NCBI RefSeq assembly: GCF_020745735.1
Contig: NC_083416.1
Span: 37,535,131-37,599,130 of the forward strand
DNA length: 64,000 nt
Reading direction: 5' to 3'
DNA from: Hemiscyllium ocellatum
Lineage: Eukaryota
In this document: in pieces, positions 1 to 11,775 of the stretch
How the letters are laid out: every line of letters begins with the position of its first letter
Position numbering within the stretch: position 1 is the first letter of the stretch
Translations under genes and position numbers: made by a program
Notes under the pieces: generated by a model
Seen by the model: only the letters and a program-made list of their open reading frames with translations
The model's database searches: none
Told to the model about the DNA's origin: nothing

Positions 1-124
1 GGATTCAGTGGGCTGAATAGCCTGTTTCCACACAGTTGGGATTCTATAAATAGTTGAGACAATATTAACAAACTGGCAGTCGAAATTCCTATGAAACAAT
101 TTTGTCCTTTTTTGAGACTTTATT

Positions 125-775
125 GAAGAAGGCATTTGGTATACTTTCCTTTATTAGTCAAAGCATTGAGTATTGGAGTCAGGAGGTCATGTTGCGACTG
201 TGCAGGATGTTGGTTAGGCCACTTTTGGAATACTGCGTGCAATTTTGGTCTCCTTCCCATTGGAAAGATGTTGTGAAACTTGAAAGGGTTCAGAAAAGAT
301 TTCCAAGGATGTTACCAGGGTTGGAGGATTTGTGCTCTAGGGAGAAGCTGAATAAGCTGCGGCTGTTTTTCCTGGAGTGTCAGAGGCTGAGGGGTGACCT
401 CATGGAGGATTATAAAATCATGAGGGGCATGAATAGGGTAAACAGACAAGGTGTTTTCCTTGGGTGGGAGAATCCAAAACTAGAGGGCGTATGTTAAGGT
501 GAGAGGGGAAAGATAGAAAAGGGACCTAAGGGGCAACTTTTACACGCAGATGCTGGTGCGTGTATGGAATGAGCTGCCAAAGGAAATGGTGCCAGAGGAA
601 GAGAAAGAGCCATTGCAACATTTAAAAGGCATTTGGATGGGTACATGAATTGGAAGGGTTTAGAGGGATATGGGCCAACTACTGGCAAATGGGACCAGAT
701 TAGATTGGGGTATCTGGTTGGCATAGACGAGTTGGACCAAAGGGTCTGTTTCCGTGCTGTACATCTCTATGACTG
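125..775 (+). mobile_element. 5'-truncated CR1/HER1-type LINE 3' end
   Basis: ORF 102-497 contains LVRPLLEYCVQFWSP...LERVQKRF (CR1 ORF2 C-terminus); ctctatgact tail. Confidence 0.9.
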
Positions 776-879
776 TATACATACTTTCTGTAAAATAGTG
801 AGCAAAGTAATTATATTCAAAAATATTAAGTATTTATTGTTGATTTGGAGGTGCTGGTGTCGGACTGGAGTGTACAAAG

Positions 880-1650
880 TTAGGAATCACACAACACCAG
901 GTTATAATCCAACAGGTGTATTTGGAAGCACTACCTTTCAGAGCACAGCTCCTTCATCAGGTTTTTTTTTAGATTAGATTAAATTATATTACTTACAGTG
1001 TGGAAACAGGCGCTTCGGCCCAACTAGTCCACACCGACCCTCCGAAGAGCAACCCCCCAGACCCATTCCCCTACATTTACCCCTTCACCTAACACTATGG
1101 GCAATTTAGCATGGCCAATTCACCTAACCTGCACATTTTGGTCTGTGGGAGGAAACCCGCACAGACACAGGGAGAATGTGAAAACTCCGAACCTGGGACC
1201 CTGATACTTTGAGGCAACAGTGCTAACCACTGTACCACTGTAGTGGTTGTGGAGTATAAGATCATAAGACACAGAATTTATAGCAGAAGGTTACAGTGAG
1301 ATGCAATTGAAATGATATATTGAAAAAGACACATCGATTGTTTGTTAAGTTTCTCATCTTTTAGAATGACCATGTTGGTTTCAGTTCTTTCATTTGTAAA
1401 TTCCAGAACTTTTTCTGGGATAGCATATGAAAGAACTGAAAACAACACGGGCATTCTAAAAGATGAGCGACTTTACAAACAATCCAAGTCTTGTTCAATA
1501 CATAATTTCAGTTGCATCACATTAAACTTTTGCTATAAATTTAATGTCTTACTATCTTATACTCAACAGTTACCCGATGAAGGAGCAATGCTCCGAAAGC
1601 TAGTGTTTCCAAATAAACCTGACGGACTATAACCTGGTGTTGTGCATTTA
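880..1650. mobile_element. Penelope-derived element with ~80-bp terminal inverted repeats, each carrying a hammerhead core (AGCU type); an HE1-like SINE is nested inside
   Basis: About 885-961 is the reverse complement of about 1573-1648. Cores are CYGATGA-A-GGAGC-N3-GCTCY-GAA-AGST-A-GTG. Confidence 0.7.
975..1241 (-). mobile_element. HE1-like tRNA-derived SINE
   Basis: The minus strand starts with GGTACAGTGGTTAGCACTG (A-box-like). The CR1-like 3' tail ends in (TCTAA)n, and the element is homologous to 59996-60289. Confidence 0.8.
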
Positions 1651-2120
1651 TTATTAGCATGTTAATTTTAAATGTTCATATGTGTTTATTTGTTACGACT
1701 CATGGTAACGATCAGATCAGCTTATAATGCACCCTTTCTAAGAAACGTTTCAATTTATTGAAGTGAAACTAATTGGTGTATTATTTCACTTCGCAATCGC
1801 AGCACATATTGCAGTTCACGGACAGCACGGGATGACAAGTTATTTTTTCAGTTACAGGTACATTGCAGATGAGAACCGCACTTCCGACAAACCTGCTCGA
1901 CTTTCACACCTTGCTAAGTCGAACTGTAAGAGTTTGTGATCTTAATGGATTGATCACCTTCTGAAATTGACGTTTACACTTGGATTAAATACCGGACCAA
2001 TATCTTACAATAAATCTTGATTGTTACGGCAGAAAACATTCGATTAAAACACATTGAAAACAATAATGTCACTTCTGCATTTCAATTACTCTGTCATATG
2101 AAACATTCGTGGGAACTTAC

Positions 2121-2159
2121 CGGAGACAACACTTGAAACACCTTCTTTGGTTTTGGAGC
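2121..2159 (-). CDS. sncb: Beta-synuclein, second coding exon (G-SKTKEGVSSVVS-), 39 nt
   Basis: Acceptor tttaacctttAG and donor GTAAGT; phase 1-1 continues the previous exon and encodes a KTKEGV repeat. The remaining exons lie left of the window. Confidence 0.9.
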
Positions 2160-2673
2160 CTAAAGGTTAAATAAAGACATATTATCCATGGGGCAATTGT
2201 CTGAATTCATAATGTTGCCGATCATCCCCTAAAGTATGTAACATTTCTTGTAATATGCCATGATTACTTTTGCCTTTTTTTTAAATGGCAGACGTGGTGT
2301 GAATGTGTTGGATGCCACATCCTTGGATAAAGCTTCTCTCTCTCTGGGCTGGAGGAGAGTGCCATATGGCTGGCCCATCTGCTCAGCGGAAATAAAGACC
2401 TTTGAATCAGTCCCCAACTGACAGCCAAAGTATCTCTACGCGGAAACTAGATCGATCCCCCGAGATTAAATGTTTTCCGCTTATTTTTTTTAAAACACCC
2501 GATATAGTTATTGCTAATATTCCATTGAAAAAAAACAGCCTTCTTTTTCTCCCGTTATAATGTAATAACTGTGCAAGTCGCCCGTCCAGTCAGTGCCCAA
2601 AGGAATGATTTATTGTATAATTGAAAGGGGCGACGCTATCTTCCTTTGCAGGGTCATTGCCTTTTCATAGCTA

Positions 2674-2811
<138 letters not shown>

Positions 2812-3056
2812 TCAATGGAACACTGTAGAATAAACACCTGATTCATTCACCCTCAAAACAGCCAAACACAATGAGGAAGATCACAGGCACCGACAGAGAA
2901 ATGATACAAGCATCAATACTGACCTCTGTCAAACTGGATAATAACGGATTGGATAGATGGGATCAAAACATCATGGAGCGAGGGGGGAGGCTTTCGGATT
3001 TAAGCGAGGATGGAGATCATCCAGTTGGGCGGTGATGATGCCACCGATTCACTGAC

Positions 3057-3400
3057 CTGTCAGCTGAAGCTGCTTGTCTGGGGTGGACTCCCTCCGAGGC
3101 TCTTTCCCTCCTCTCTCTGTCCCTAGAGCTCTCCAGGAAGAGCCCGTGATTTCACCAAAGTACCGTGCAATCACACACACGGACACTCGCACATCCTCAA
3201 ACTCCCCGCCCTCCCTCGTGCATTGTAATTCTCCTAAGACAAGTCACATTTTTTTTTCGCCAGTGATCAGTTATCCTCTGTACGACTCGACTAGAATCAG
3301 GAGCGTGTTCAGGTTTCATGATGGGTGGGAGGAATCCCCCTTTATTTTCAAACAACATATTGAAGCTGTTTCCCCCCCCACCTTCGTACATTGATGGTAG
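3057..3400 (-). promoter_or_regulatory. Putative non-coding first exon and promoter of sncb
   Basis: Candidate donor ACAG|GTCAGT at 3057/3056 on the minus strand. The stretch is purine/G-rich on minus, retains CpG and has a GC box (CCCCGCCC near 3204). The TSS cannot be determined. Confidence 0.4.
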
Positions 3401-3719
3401 TCAGAAAAAAAACAAGAAAATAAAAGAAAGAAACAACACAGCCTAGTCCATAAAATTCTATATTATAGAAAAAACGGTTAATAACAACATTTAGAAAACG
3501 GTGTTACTGTATCATGTTTGATATCCGGAATGTGATCATGTTTGGGGCGCTTTAAATCCTTCGTAGCCATTTCTCAAAGTTTCTGATGAATTATGAAGTC
3601 GTAACTGCAGACAAACAGGAGATCATTTGAGAGGAGATTTGGAAAAGACCCAGACAATACTGCACTGTGGCTATCGGGTGATGGTAACTAGGGTGTGACA
3701 ACACAGCAGCACAGAATGG

Positions 3720-5480
3720 AGGGAAAAGTGAGGACTGCTGATGCTGGAGGTCAGAGTCAAAGAGTGTGGTGCTGGAAAAGTACAGCAGGTCAGGGAGCAT
3801 CTGAGGAGCAGGAGAGTCAACGTTTCGAACACCAGCCCTTAGTCAGGAATGAAGGCTCAAGGGCACTGAGAGATAAATGGGAGGGGAGTGGGGCTGGGGG
3901 AAGATAGTTGGGAATGTGATAGGTAGATGAAGGTGGGGGTGAAGGTGAAAGGTCAGAGAGGAGGGTGGAGTGGACAGGTAGGAAGTAAGATGGACAGGTA
4001 GGACAGTTCAAGAGGGCGGTGCTGAGCTGGAAGGTTGGGACTGGGATAAAGTGGGGGGAGGGGAAATGAGGAAAGTGGTGAAATCCACAATGAACCCTTG
4101 TGGTTCTATGGTCCCATGGCAAAAGATGAGGTGTTCCTCCTCCAGGCGTCGGGTGGTTAGGGTTTAGCGATGGAGGAGGCCCAGGACTTGCATGTCCTTG
4201 GCAGTGTGGGTGGGGGAGTTAAAGTGTTCGGCCACAGTACAGTGGGGTTAGACAGATCTACTACAAAACATGTACTACAAACCCACTGACACACAGCTAC
4301 CCTGACTACACCTCCTCCCATCCTGCCTCCTGCAAAAAATGCTATCCCTTATTCTCACTTCCTCTGACTCCACTACTTCTGCTCCCAGGAGGACCAATTC
4401 CACCATAGAACATTCCAGATGGCCTCATTCTTCAAAGATCGCAATTTCCCCTTCCATGTGGTCGACAATGCCCTACAGCGCATCTCTTCCATTTCCCGCA
4501 ACTCCGTCCTTGAACCCCATCCCTCTTGAAATTCCCTCGCAACAAGGACAAACTCTCCTGCTCCTCACCTTCCACCCCACCAACCTCTGGATACATTGTA
4601 TCATCGTCCGCTATTTCCACCACTTACAAACAGACCCCACTACTAGGGATATATTTCTCTCCCCACCCCATCTGTAATCTGGAGAGACCATTCCCCCCCA
4701 CAACTCCCTTGTTTGGTCCATGCTCCCCACCAACCCACCCTCCACTCCAGGCACCTCCCCCTGCCACCGCATGAAATGCAAAAACATGCAATCATTCCAC
4801 CCCCTTTTACCTCCGTCCAAACTCCGAAAGCATCCTTTCACATCTGACAGAGATATACCTGTACTTCCACACACATCATCTACTGTGTCTGTTGCTCTCC
4901 ATGTGGTCTCCTCTACATTCGGGAAACAGGAATGCCAACTTGTGGAACATTTCAGAGAACATCTCTGGGACACACGCAGTAAACAACACCATCACCGGGT
5001 GACTGAACACTTTAACCTGCCTTCCCATTCGGCCAACGACATGCAAGTCCTGGGCCTCCTCTATTGCCAAACCCTAACTACCCGATACCTGGAGGAAGAA
5101 CACCTCATCTTCCACCTTGGGTCCCTTGAAACAAACAGGATCATTTCATCAGTTTCTCATTTCCCCTCCTCCCAGCTTATCCCAGATCCAACCTTCCAAC
5201 TAGGCACCACCCTCTTGAATTGTCCTACCTATCCATCTTCCTTCCCACCTATCCGCTCCACCCTCCTCTCTGACCTATCACCTTCAGCTCCACCTTCACC
5301 TACTTATTGCATTCCCAACTACCTTCCCTGCAGTCCTACCTCCCCCCCACCACCCCTCCCATTTATTTCTTAGCCCCCTTGGGCCACAAGTCTCATTCCT
5401 GATGAACGGCTTATGCTTGAAACGTTGATTCTCCTGATCCTCAAAAGCTGTCTGACCGGCTGTGCTTTTCCAGCATCACA
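3720..5480. mobile_element. Penelope-like element: inverted pLTR (3720-4250, minus) plus decayed GIY-YIG body and pLTR (4260-5480, plus)
   Basis: Broken ORFs contain PCHRMKCK, EHFREHLW and EEEHLIFHLG. Degenerate hammerhead cores lie at about 3814-3851 (-) and 5395-5430 (+). Confidence 0.85.
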
Positions 5481-6924
5481 GTCAGCAGAGCAGAATGTAC
5501 AGACATAAAAAGGTACTAGTTAACAGGGTTGGAACTATGACCAGTCTTCAAAGTCCCAAGTCTTCAGAATAGTGTGGATGTTCTGATGCCAGCCAGGGGA
5601 AGTCAGGGCCCAGGGTGCTGTTGAGGAGAAGGCTAATTGGATTGGGCACGTTAGTGGAGAAGCCAGCAGGGGAAGGGATCATGTACAGGTCAGTGGACCT
5701 TACAGAGGTGATCCATGGTGTAGGAAGCCATTGATGGCAGGTATCTGGAACTCAATGCCTAAAAAGGTGGTTAATGCAGGAACTCTCAAGACTTTTAAGA
5801 ATTACCACAGCATACAAGGCCATTGGCCACGTGCTGGAAAAAAGAATTCAAATTTTTGAAGACGAGTGCAGATATAATTGGCCAGAAGGCCTCTTTCCAC
5901 GCTATAAAAACTCATTAATTCTCTTATATATGATAAGTGTAGACTAATAATTCAGAAGAGCAAAGAGAATAAGCATAAGTTGGAAGAGGATGATATTCAG
6001 TGGAATGAAAATGGTTCTAGCCAGCTGTGGCCAATTGACCACAGACCCAAAGTTGGATATTACAAATTGATCCTTAGCCAGAGAAATTGGGCCTGACAGC
6101 TACTTGCTGCTATTTGTTTTCTATCAGCTACAGAGAACAATACACACTGAAGTCAAGGATGTCTCAAAGGTTCAGGAGGAAACAGCTACAACCAGCCCGA
6201 GGGTTATGTATTGAGAAGTATTATGGAGTCATAGAGATCAGATTTTCTGGCACCTTGACATCCACCCTGCCCCGAGGACGTACACTTTACACCTCCCCAG
6301 CATGGCAGTAATGAAGGGTGTTGGTGCAATTCCATCAGATGCTTTGAATCTCCACTCATGAAGCCACTGGCTAAAGCGATGGAACGTTCGGGGCAAGGGG
6401 AATAAAAGCACACACCTGGAAGCCATCCTCTCAGCAAAGACTTACAACAAGACTCATGGTGGAAGACAGTGCAGCAAACTAAGAATATCCAGGAGAAGAT
6501 CCACCCTGACCTGCAGAACCCAACCCTGTGGAAGGCAGCCAGCTCTTCATTGGGGATGAAGGAGATTCAATCGATTCAACTCAAACACATGATTCATTGA
6601 CTGTAATATCCTTTCTTTGATAGATAGAATGAGAGAAATAATAAATATTGTGGGAATTTGGGAAATGTTTACATGGTTTTTTAATAAGAAACATGTTGCC
6701 AGTGAAATTCAGTTGAACAGCAAATTCAATTCTGTGTCCCTTTATCCATCTCACCAACAGCATATGGGTAAAGTGTTTTTAATAAATAAACTGGTTGAAG
6801 TGTCTGAAGCATGGACAAAATAGAGTAAAATGAAACCCAAGACTGACAGGAAATTACTGCAATGGAGCAAGGGATGAGCTTTAAGAAGGAAATGCTGCAC
6901 TATGGGGAGGTACATCTCAATAAG

Positions 6925-7250
6925 ATGAAAGGTAATGGAACCAAAGGTTGGAAGGAAGATGGACAGGTAGGTCAGATCATCTTCCTTCCCACCTATCCGC
7001 TCCACCCTATCACAATCATCTCCTACCTCCATCCGCCTATCACCATCCCACCAACCTTTCTCCCAGCCCCACCCCCATCTCCCTATGTATCTCTCAGCCC
7101 CTTCTCCCCTCCACCTTCCTAATAAATGGCTTATGCCCGAAGTGTCAACTCACCTGCTCCTCAGATGCTACCTGACCTGCTGTGCTTTTCCAGTGTCACA
7201 ATTTTTGACTCTGACTCTCCAGCATCTGCAGTCCTCACTTTCTCCTAGTA
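6925..7250 (+). mobile_element. Penelope pLTR fragment with short inversion
   Basis: Same GATGCT..CCTGACCTGCTGTGCTTTTCCAG..CAGCATCTGCAGTCCTCACTTT terminus as the other pLTRs. Confidence 0.7.
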
Positions 7251-8139
7251 AACATAAAAGGGAACGAAACAAAATTCCACGGATATGAAAAATAGTAAGC
7301 ATGTAGTAAGAGATGGAGAGAATCCTTTTAGGGGAAAAGAGGGTCACATAGTTTTCAAGATGCAGTTCAAGATTAAAATACCTAATGGGTAGTGTTGATA
7401 GAAGCATAAGACATAGAGGTAGTTGGTAGGGTGAATATTGATAGGTAGAATGCACTGAAAGATATGACTATGATCAAAGTGAATAGGTCACCTGGCTCAG
7501 ATGACTTCCGTCCCAGATTATTAAATGACGGGAAGGTAGAGATAAAGCAGAAGGGTTTAGCATAATTTTCCAATCTTCCCAAACTGCAAAGAAGGTGCCA
7601 GCAAATTGGAGAATGGCAAATGTGACATGCTTACAAATGAAAGAGTTTGAGGCTAGTCCTACCAATAAAATGAGAGCACAGAGGTGTTTTCAATGAATTT
7701 GAAATCCAGAGACATTGACGATCTGCTGGAGACCTGGGCTTAAATCCCACCTTGGCAGATAGTTGGAATTATGAGTTTCAGAAGAAAACTCTCAAACTGG
7801 CATTAAATGTTTAATGTTTGGAGTCTTGTGGGGCAATCTTAGTGTCCCTACCACTGGTGTAGGTGACCAGAGGTCATGTCTCATCTACTCTGGAAGTGTG
7901 TCAAAATATGTGTGAACAGTTTGATGAAACAACTGCATTAAATAACTGGTCATAGCAGTTATAGAATAATTAATGTATCATCAGTGGTTGGTCAGGTTTG
8001 AGAAACATTAATCAAGGAAAATATCAACAGTAGCTTGAAGAGATTTGAACAAATCAAGGAAAATGACTCCTGATTTATACGAGGCAGACAAAGTTTGACT
8101 AAGCTAATTGGATGTTTTTAATTAATAACAGAGAAGATT

Positions 8140-8850
8140 AATAGATTATAAGATTATAAGAAATAAAAACAGGAGTAGGCAGTTCAGCCCCTTTAATCTG
8201 CTCCATAGAATCATGGCTAATCCAACATTCCTCATTTCCACTTTCCTCCAGTTTCCCAGCACCTCTTGATTTCTCTATTAAGCAAGAATTTATTAGTATC
8301 AGCTTTAAATATACACAAGGAATCACTCCCCACAGCTCTCTATGACATGGAGTTCCAAGGACTCACAATCCTCTTAGAGAAGAAATTCCACCTCACCTCA
8401 CTTCTAGACTGGTATCCCCTTAATCTGAGACTATGCCCTCTGGCCCTAGTCTCTCCCAAAAGAGGAGAAATCCTCTCAGCATTTACTCTGCTCAGCCCTT
8501 TGAGAATCCTAAATGTTTCAATGAGATTACCTTTCATTCTTCTCAACTCCAGTGAGTAGTGTCCCAACCTGTTTGACTTCCCTACTGTTATGCTTCAACT
8601 CCCTTGAAATAAGCGTCAAAATTTGATCAACCTTCCTGATTAACTGATGCATCTGTGAGCTAGCTTTCTGTATTTTGTGCAGAACTATCCCCAAGTCTCT
8701 TTGTATTGCAGCTTTCTGCGATTTTTCTCCATTTAATTAGCAATCTATTATTTTGTGCTCCTTTCCAAGCAACTTCACATTTCCCCAAATTATAATCCAT
8801 TTGCCAACCTTTTGCCCAGTTACTTAACTTATCAATATCTCTCTATAAAC
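8140..8850 (-). mobile_element. Decayed CR1 LINE 3' part
   Basis: ORF 8340-8567: YSLELRRMKGNLIETFRIL...RARGHSLRL. Confidence 0.8.
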
Positions 8851-8854
8851 AAAT

Positions 8855-9830
8855 GAAGCCAAAAAATGCTGGGGATCCCAACAGGTCAGGCAGCATCCAT
8901 GGAGAGAAAGCAAACTAATATCTCAAGTCTAGATAACTCTTCATCAGAGCTGAATTGAGTGTGGAGGGGGCAGCATTTATCCAACATGGGGAGGGGGGGG
9001 GTCGAGGTCGGGGGATAATTGGAGTGCTGGAGGAGAAAGGATGTTGATAGTTCAGGTTAAGTGATCATAACGTGAGAAAGACAGAACAATGATGAGTCTA
9101 ACTGCCAGACTGGAAACAACATACAGTCCCACAGCAGTAGGGAAAGGGGAGACAGGACATGGTGACAGAGAATGTAACAAGCAAAGCTAAAATAAAGGGA
9201 AGGTATGGGTTCACAATTTAAAGATCTTGAAGTTAATATTAAACCCAGAGGGTTGTAAAGTGCCTAGTTTACAGATGACATGTTGTTCCTCCAGTTTTCA
9301 CCATGATTCGCTAGAACATTGCATAATGTTGAGGACAGATAGAGGGCATGCAAGCAGGATGCTATGTTAAAATGATTGGCTTTGCATGGATTGGAGGTGT
9401 TCTGCAAGGCGGTCACACAGTCTGTATTTGATTTCTCTCATGTAGAGTAGACCACATTGGGTGCAGCGAACATAATACACAAGATTAGAAGAGGTACAAG
9501 TGAAATGTTGCTTCACCTGAAAAGACTGTTTAGGCCCTTGGATGGTGACCAGAGAGAAGGTGAAGGGTATGTGTTGCACCTTCTGCAGTTACATGGGAAG
9601 GTGCTACAGAAATGGAGGTGGTGTTGGTGGTTGAGGAGTGGACTAGGGTGTCCTGAGGGAATGATCCCTATGAAATGCAGATAGGGAGAGTGAGGGGAAG
9701 ATGTGTTTGGTGGAGCATTCTGTTGGAGTTGTCTGAAATGGTAGAGAATGATCCTTTGAGCTCGGAGGCTGGTGGAATGAAAAGTGAGAACAAGGGGGAC
9801 CTGACCACTCTGTTGTGAGTCATGGACCTG
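8855..9830 (-). mobile_element. Penelope-like element fragment (different subfamily)
   Basis: ORF 9367-9579 VYYVRCTQCGLLYMRE (decayed GIY-YIG); decayed CTGATGAAGAG core at about 8920-8950. Confidence 0.75.
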
Positions 9831-9924
9831 ATCACACTGTTGTAATCTGTAAACTATTTGTATTCCTTTCTCTCCTTGCCTTTCCATCTATTTTTGTCTC
9901 ATCTGAAATTTTGGTTGCACTACA

Positions 9925-10790
9925 TTTGATGAAGGGAATGCAATGAGCATTGTCTGTATGAATTCTTTCAAAGCATTTGTCAAAGCACACATAAAAGGTT
10001 GGTTAACAAAATTGCGGTTCACAAAATAGAAGGGATTCTATCAGCCTGGAAAAGAAAATGAAAGTTATAGAAAATGATGATTTTTCAGACAAGAGAGTGG
10101 TGGACAATAATGTTCTCCAAGAGTCGTTTTGAAGACAATAGGTTTCTACATATAAATTACATGGAATACAGCATAAAATTTCAAAATTTGTTGATAATAT
10201 CAAACTTGGAGGAGTGGTAAAAGAGAACATGACACAAACCAATGCAAGCGAATTTAGATAAGCCAGCAGAATTGGCAGATACGAGACACATCAAATTTAG
10301 TATAGGGAAATATGAAGTGGTGCATTTTGACAGAAGGGATGGAAAGAGGCAACAGGTGCAAGAAGTGTCCAAGGACAGAGGGACTTGAGGATACAAGTGC
10401 AAGGGTATTATTGGTGTCAGGATATATTGGGAGAATGATTAGCAAAGTATATGAGATCCTAGATTTCATAATGAAAGATATTGAGAGCAAAAAGCAGGGG
10501 AATTATGATGAACTTTTATAAAATCTTGTTTGACCACAACTGGAGTAATGTATCCAGTTCTTTCAGAAAAATGGGAGGGATCTTGACAGGGCATTGAGGA
10601 GACTTACCAGAATGGCTCCAAGAAAGGGAATTATTATCTAGAGGATTAAGTTGCAGGAGCTGGGGCTGTTCTCTTTGGAAACTGAAAGGGAGATTTGATA
10701 GAAGTGTTGACAACGACTTCAGGCAAAGAAAAATCATTGCCATTGGCTGATGAAAGAAGGGATAAATTTGAAGGGTGGAAGGTCACAGCC
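9925..10790 (+). mobile_element. Old CR1 LINE fragment
   Basis: Decayed RT-region and C-terminal motifs (aaatttgttgataatatcaaactt; ccacaactggagtaatgt). Confidence 0.65.
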
Positions 10791-11560
10791 TCAGACAAGC
10801 AGCTGTCAGGCAGAGAATGCAGAACTGGGTATGATACTATTGATGCTATGCCTGGGTCATTAACTACCTTCAACTGGGGAGGGGGGGAAGCTCAGTTGTC
10901 CCACCCATCTTTTGGGTATTCAGTGCCCACTTAGGAACTCTTCTGGATGCCATTGTTACCTTGCCATTGAGAAAACATATCTCAACCAAATATCAAGACA
11001 GCTAATTGACAGCTGAGAAAAGGGGCTATTTCACACAAGAGAAACACACCCACAGTAGTTCCCTATGCATGTTTCACCTTCCCTTAACCCCATACTTTGG
11101 TGTCTAGCTCCATGGCAGCTCTATATTACAGATTGCCTATAGGCCAAGTCGTGGCAATATGTAAAACATCCATCGTCAATCCCACTGATTTGCAGTACAG
11201 TGGAATGTCAGAGACCGAGAAAGTGAATGCAGTTCATCAACACAGTCACAAAAGCATTTAGAAAGGACTGTGTTCTTTCCTATTTAGGTTAAAAGAAGAT
11301 GACCTCACATTTGCCTTTGAAAACAAGTATTTACTGCTATTTTAATCAACCATTTGATCTCTTGGATGTCTGTTCAATTTTATACTTATGTTAACTAGGC
11401 TGATATCGCCTTCAATATTGCAGAGTGTTGATGTCTTGCCATCGAAGATAACACAAGTTGAAAGCAAATCTTTCATATTCTGTGGAATGTTGCAGTACCT
11501 TATACAGTAACAAGTTCACATACAAGTTTATATTAAAAACTGGATCCCTAAAGTCTTGCT

Positions 11561-11775
11561 GTAAAAAATGAGGTCTGCAGATGCTGGAGATCACAGCTGC
11601 AAATGTGTTGCTGGTCAAAGCACAGCAGGCCAGGCAGCATCTCAGGAATAGAGAGTTCGACGTTTCGAGCATAAGCCCTTCATCAGGAATGAAGGGCTTA
11701 TGCTCGAAACGTCGAACTCTCTATTCCTGAGATGCTGCCTGGCCTGCTGTGCTTTGACCAGCAACACATTTGCAG
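11561..11775. mobile_element. ORF-less Penelope pLTR fold-back insertion with 15-bp TSD
   Basis: TSD CCCTAAAGTCTTGCT at 11546-11560 and 11776-11790; perfect 88-bp inverted arms at 11596-11683 and 11689-11776. Confidence 0.9.
11656..11689 (-). ncRNA. Minimal type-I hammerhead ribozyme (intact core)
   Basis: TTC-CTGATGA-A-GGGC-TTAT-GCTC-GAA-ACGT-C-GAA: stem I TTC/GAA, stem II, palindromic ACGU in place of stem III; predicted cleavage after C (plus-strand position 11659). Confidence 0.8.

Noticed and set aside
1798-1830. REST/NRSE site in the sncb intron
   Set aside because: Only the right half-site (ACGGACAGCAC) matches. The left half is poor and the spacing non-canonical.
6160-6570. Possible coding exon or L1/Tx1 remnant
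   Set aside because: Coding-like composition, but no motif or splice structure I can identify with confidence.
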